Shown here: positions 63,787 through 64,000 of the stretch, one piece after another
Layout: every line of letters begins with the position of its first letter
How positions within the stretch are numbered: position 1 is the first letter of the stretch
Assembly: GCA_038496445.1 (NCBI GenBank)
Contig: JALMLS010000374.1
Location: 222,004-286,003, forward strand
DNA length: 64,000 bases
Reading direction: 5' to 3'
DNA from: Trichosphaerium sp. ATCC 40318
Taxonomy: Eukaryota; Protista; Tubulinea
Notes under the pieces: model-generated
What the model was told of the DNA's origin: nothing
The model's input: only the letters and a program-made list of their open reading frames with translations
Databases searched by the model: none
Made by a program: the position numbers and the translations under genes

Positions 63787-64000
63787 TCAGTTAGTAGTAT
63801 GTCGGGTATTTGTTTGTGATGCAATACATTCTTTTGTCACATTTTTACAATCAGAAATGACAATCTCTTGAACACTAGCAAGTGCTTTGATACCTTTATC
63901 TGTCACATTTGGACAACCACACAGGTAGATTTTATTTGCTCCTTTTAGTGCGTTGAGCCCATTGTCTGTGATGGGAGTGTGTATAAGCCCAATATCATAG
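63787..64000 (-). CDS. 3' end of another LRR-family gene, cut by the window edge
   Basis: ITDNGLNALKGANKIYLCGCPNVTDKGIKALASVQEIVISDCKNVT...*. Confidence 0.8.
   Translation of the reverse strand, partial: YDIGLIHTPITDNGLNALKGANKIYLCGCPNVTDKGIKALASVQEIVISDCKNVTKECIASQTNTRHTTN

Overview
AT-rich (roughly 35% GC by eye), gene-dense eukaryotic nuclear DNA with many short spliceosomal introns, so most entries in the ORF track are exon fragments or antisense shadows. Gene content (villin-headpiece fusion, GH39-like hydrolase, HTTM, GPI-type PstS, many F-box genes) suggests a free-living protist, probably an amoeba (inference). I reconstructed about 20 spliced genes by hand, plus a family of nearly intronless F-box/'LAGVHTI' leucine-rich-repeat genes and relics (8 loci), one tRNA-Ile(AAT) with a decayed copy, and three small inverted-repeat elements. 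Highlights: (1) an 18-exon gene joining the clathrin heavy-chain terminal beta-propeller and linker, without legs or trimerisation domain, to a coiled coil and two EH domains; (2) a box C/D snoRNA-like RNA in an intron of that gene, with two elements complementary to adjacent segments of U6 snRNA; (3) the palindrome CACGTG occurs about 68 times, roughly tenfold above expectation, in introns, exons and intergenic DNA, and 6 of the 7 GC-AG intron donors I found read GCACGTG, suggesting a motif-creating mutation/repair process or a pervasive bHLH-type site. Exon boundaries and counts were made by hand and need computational confirmation.
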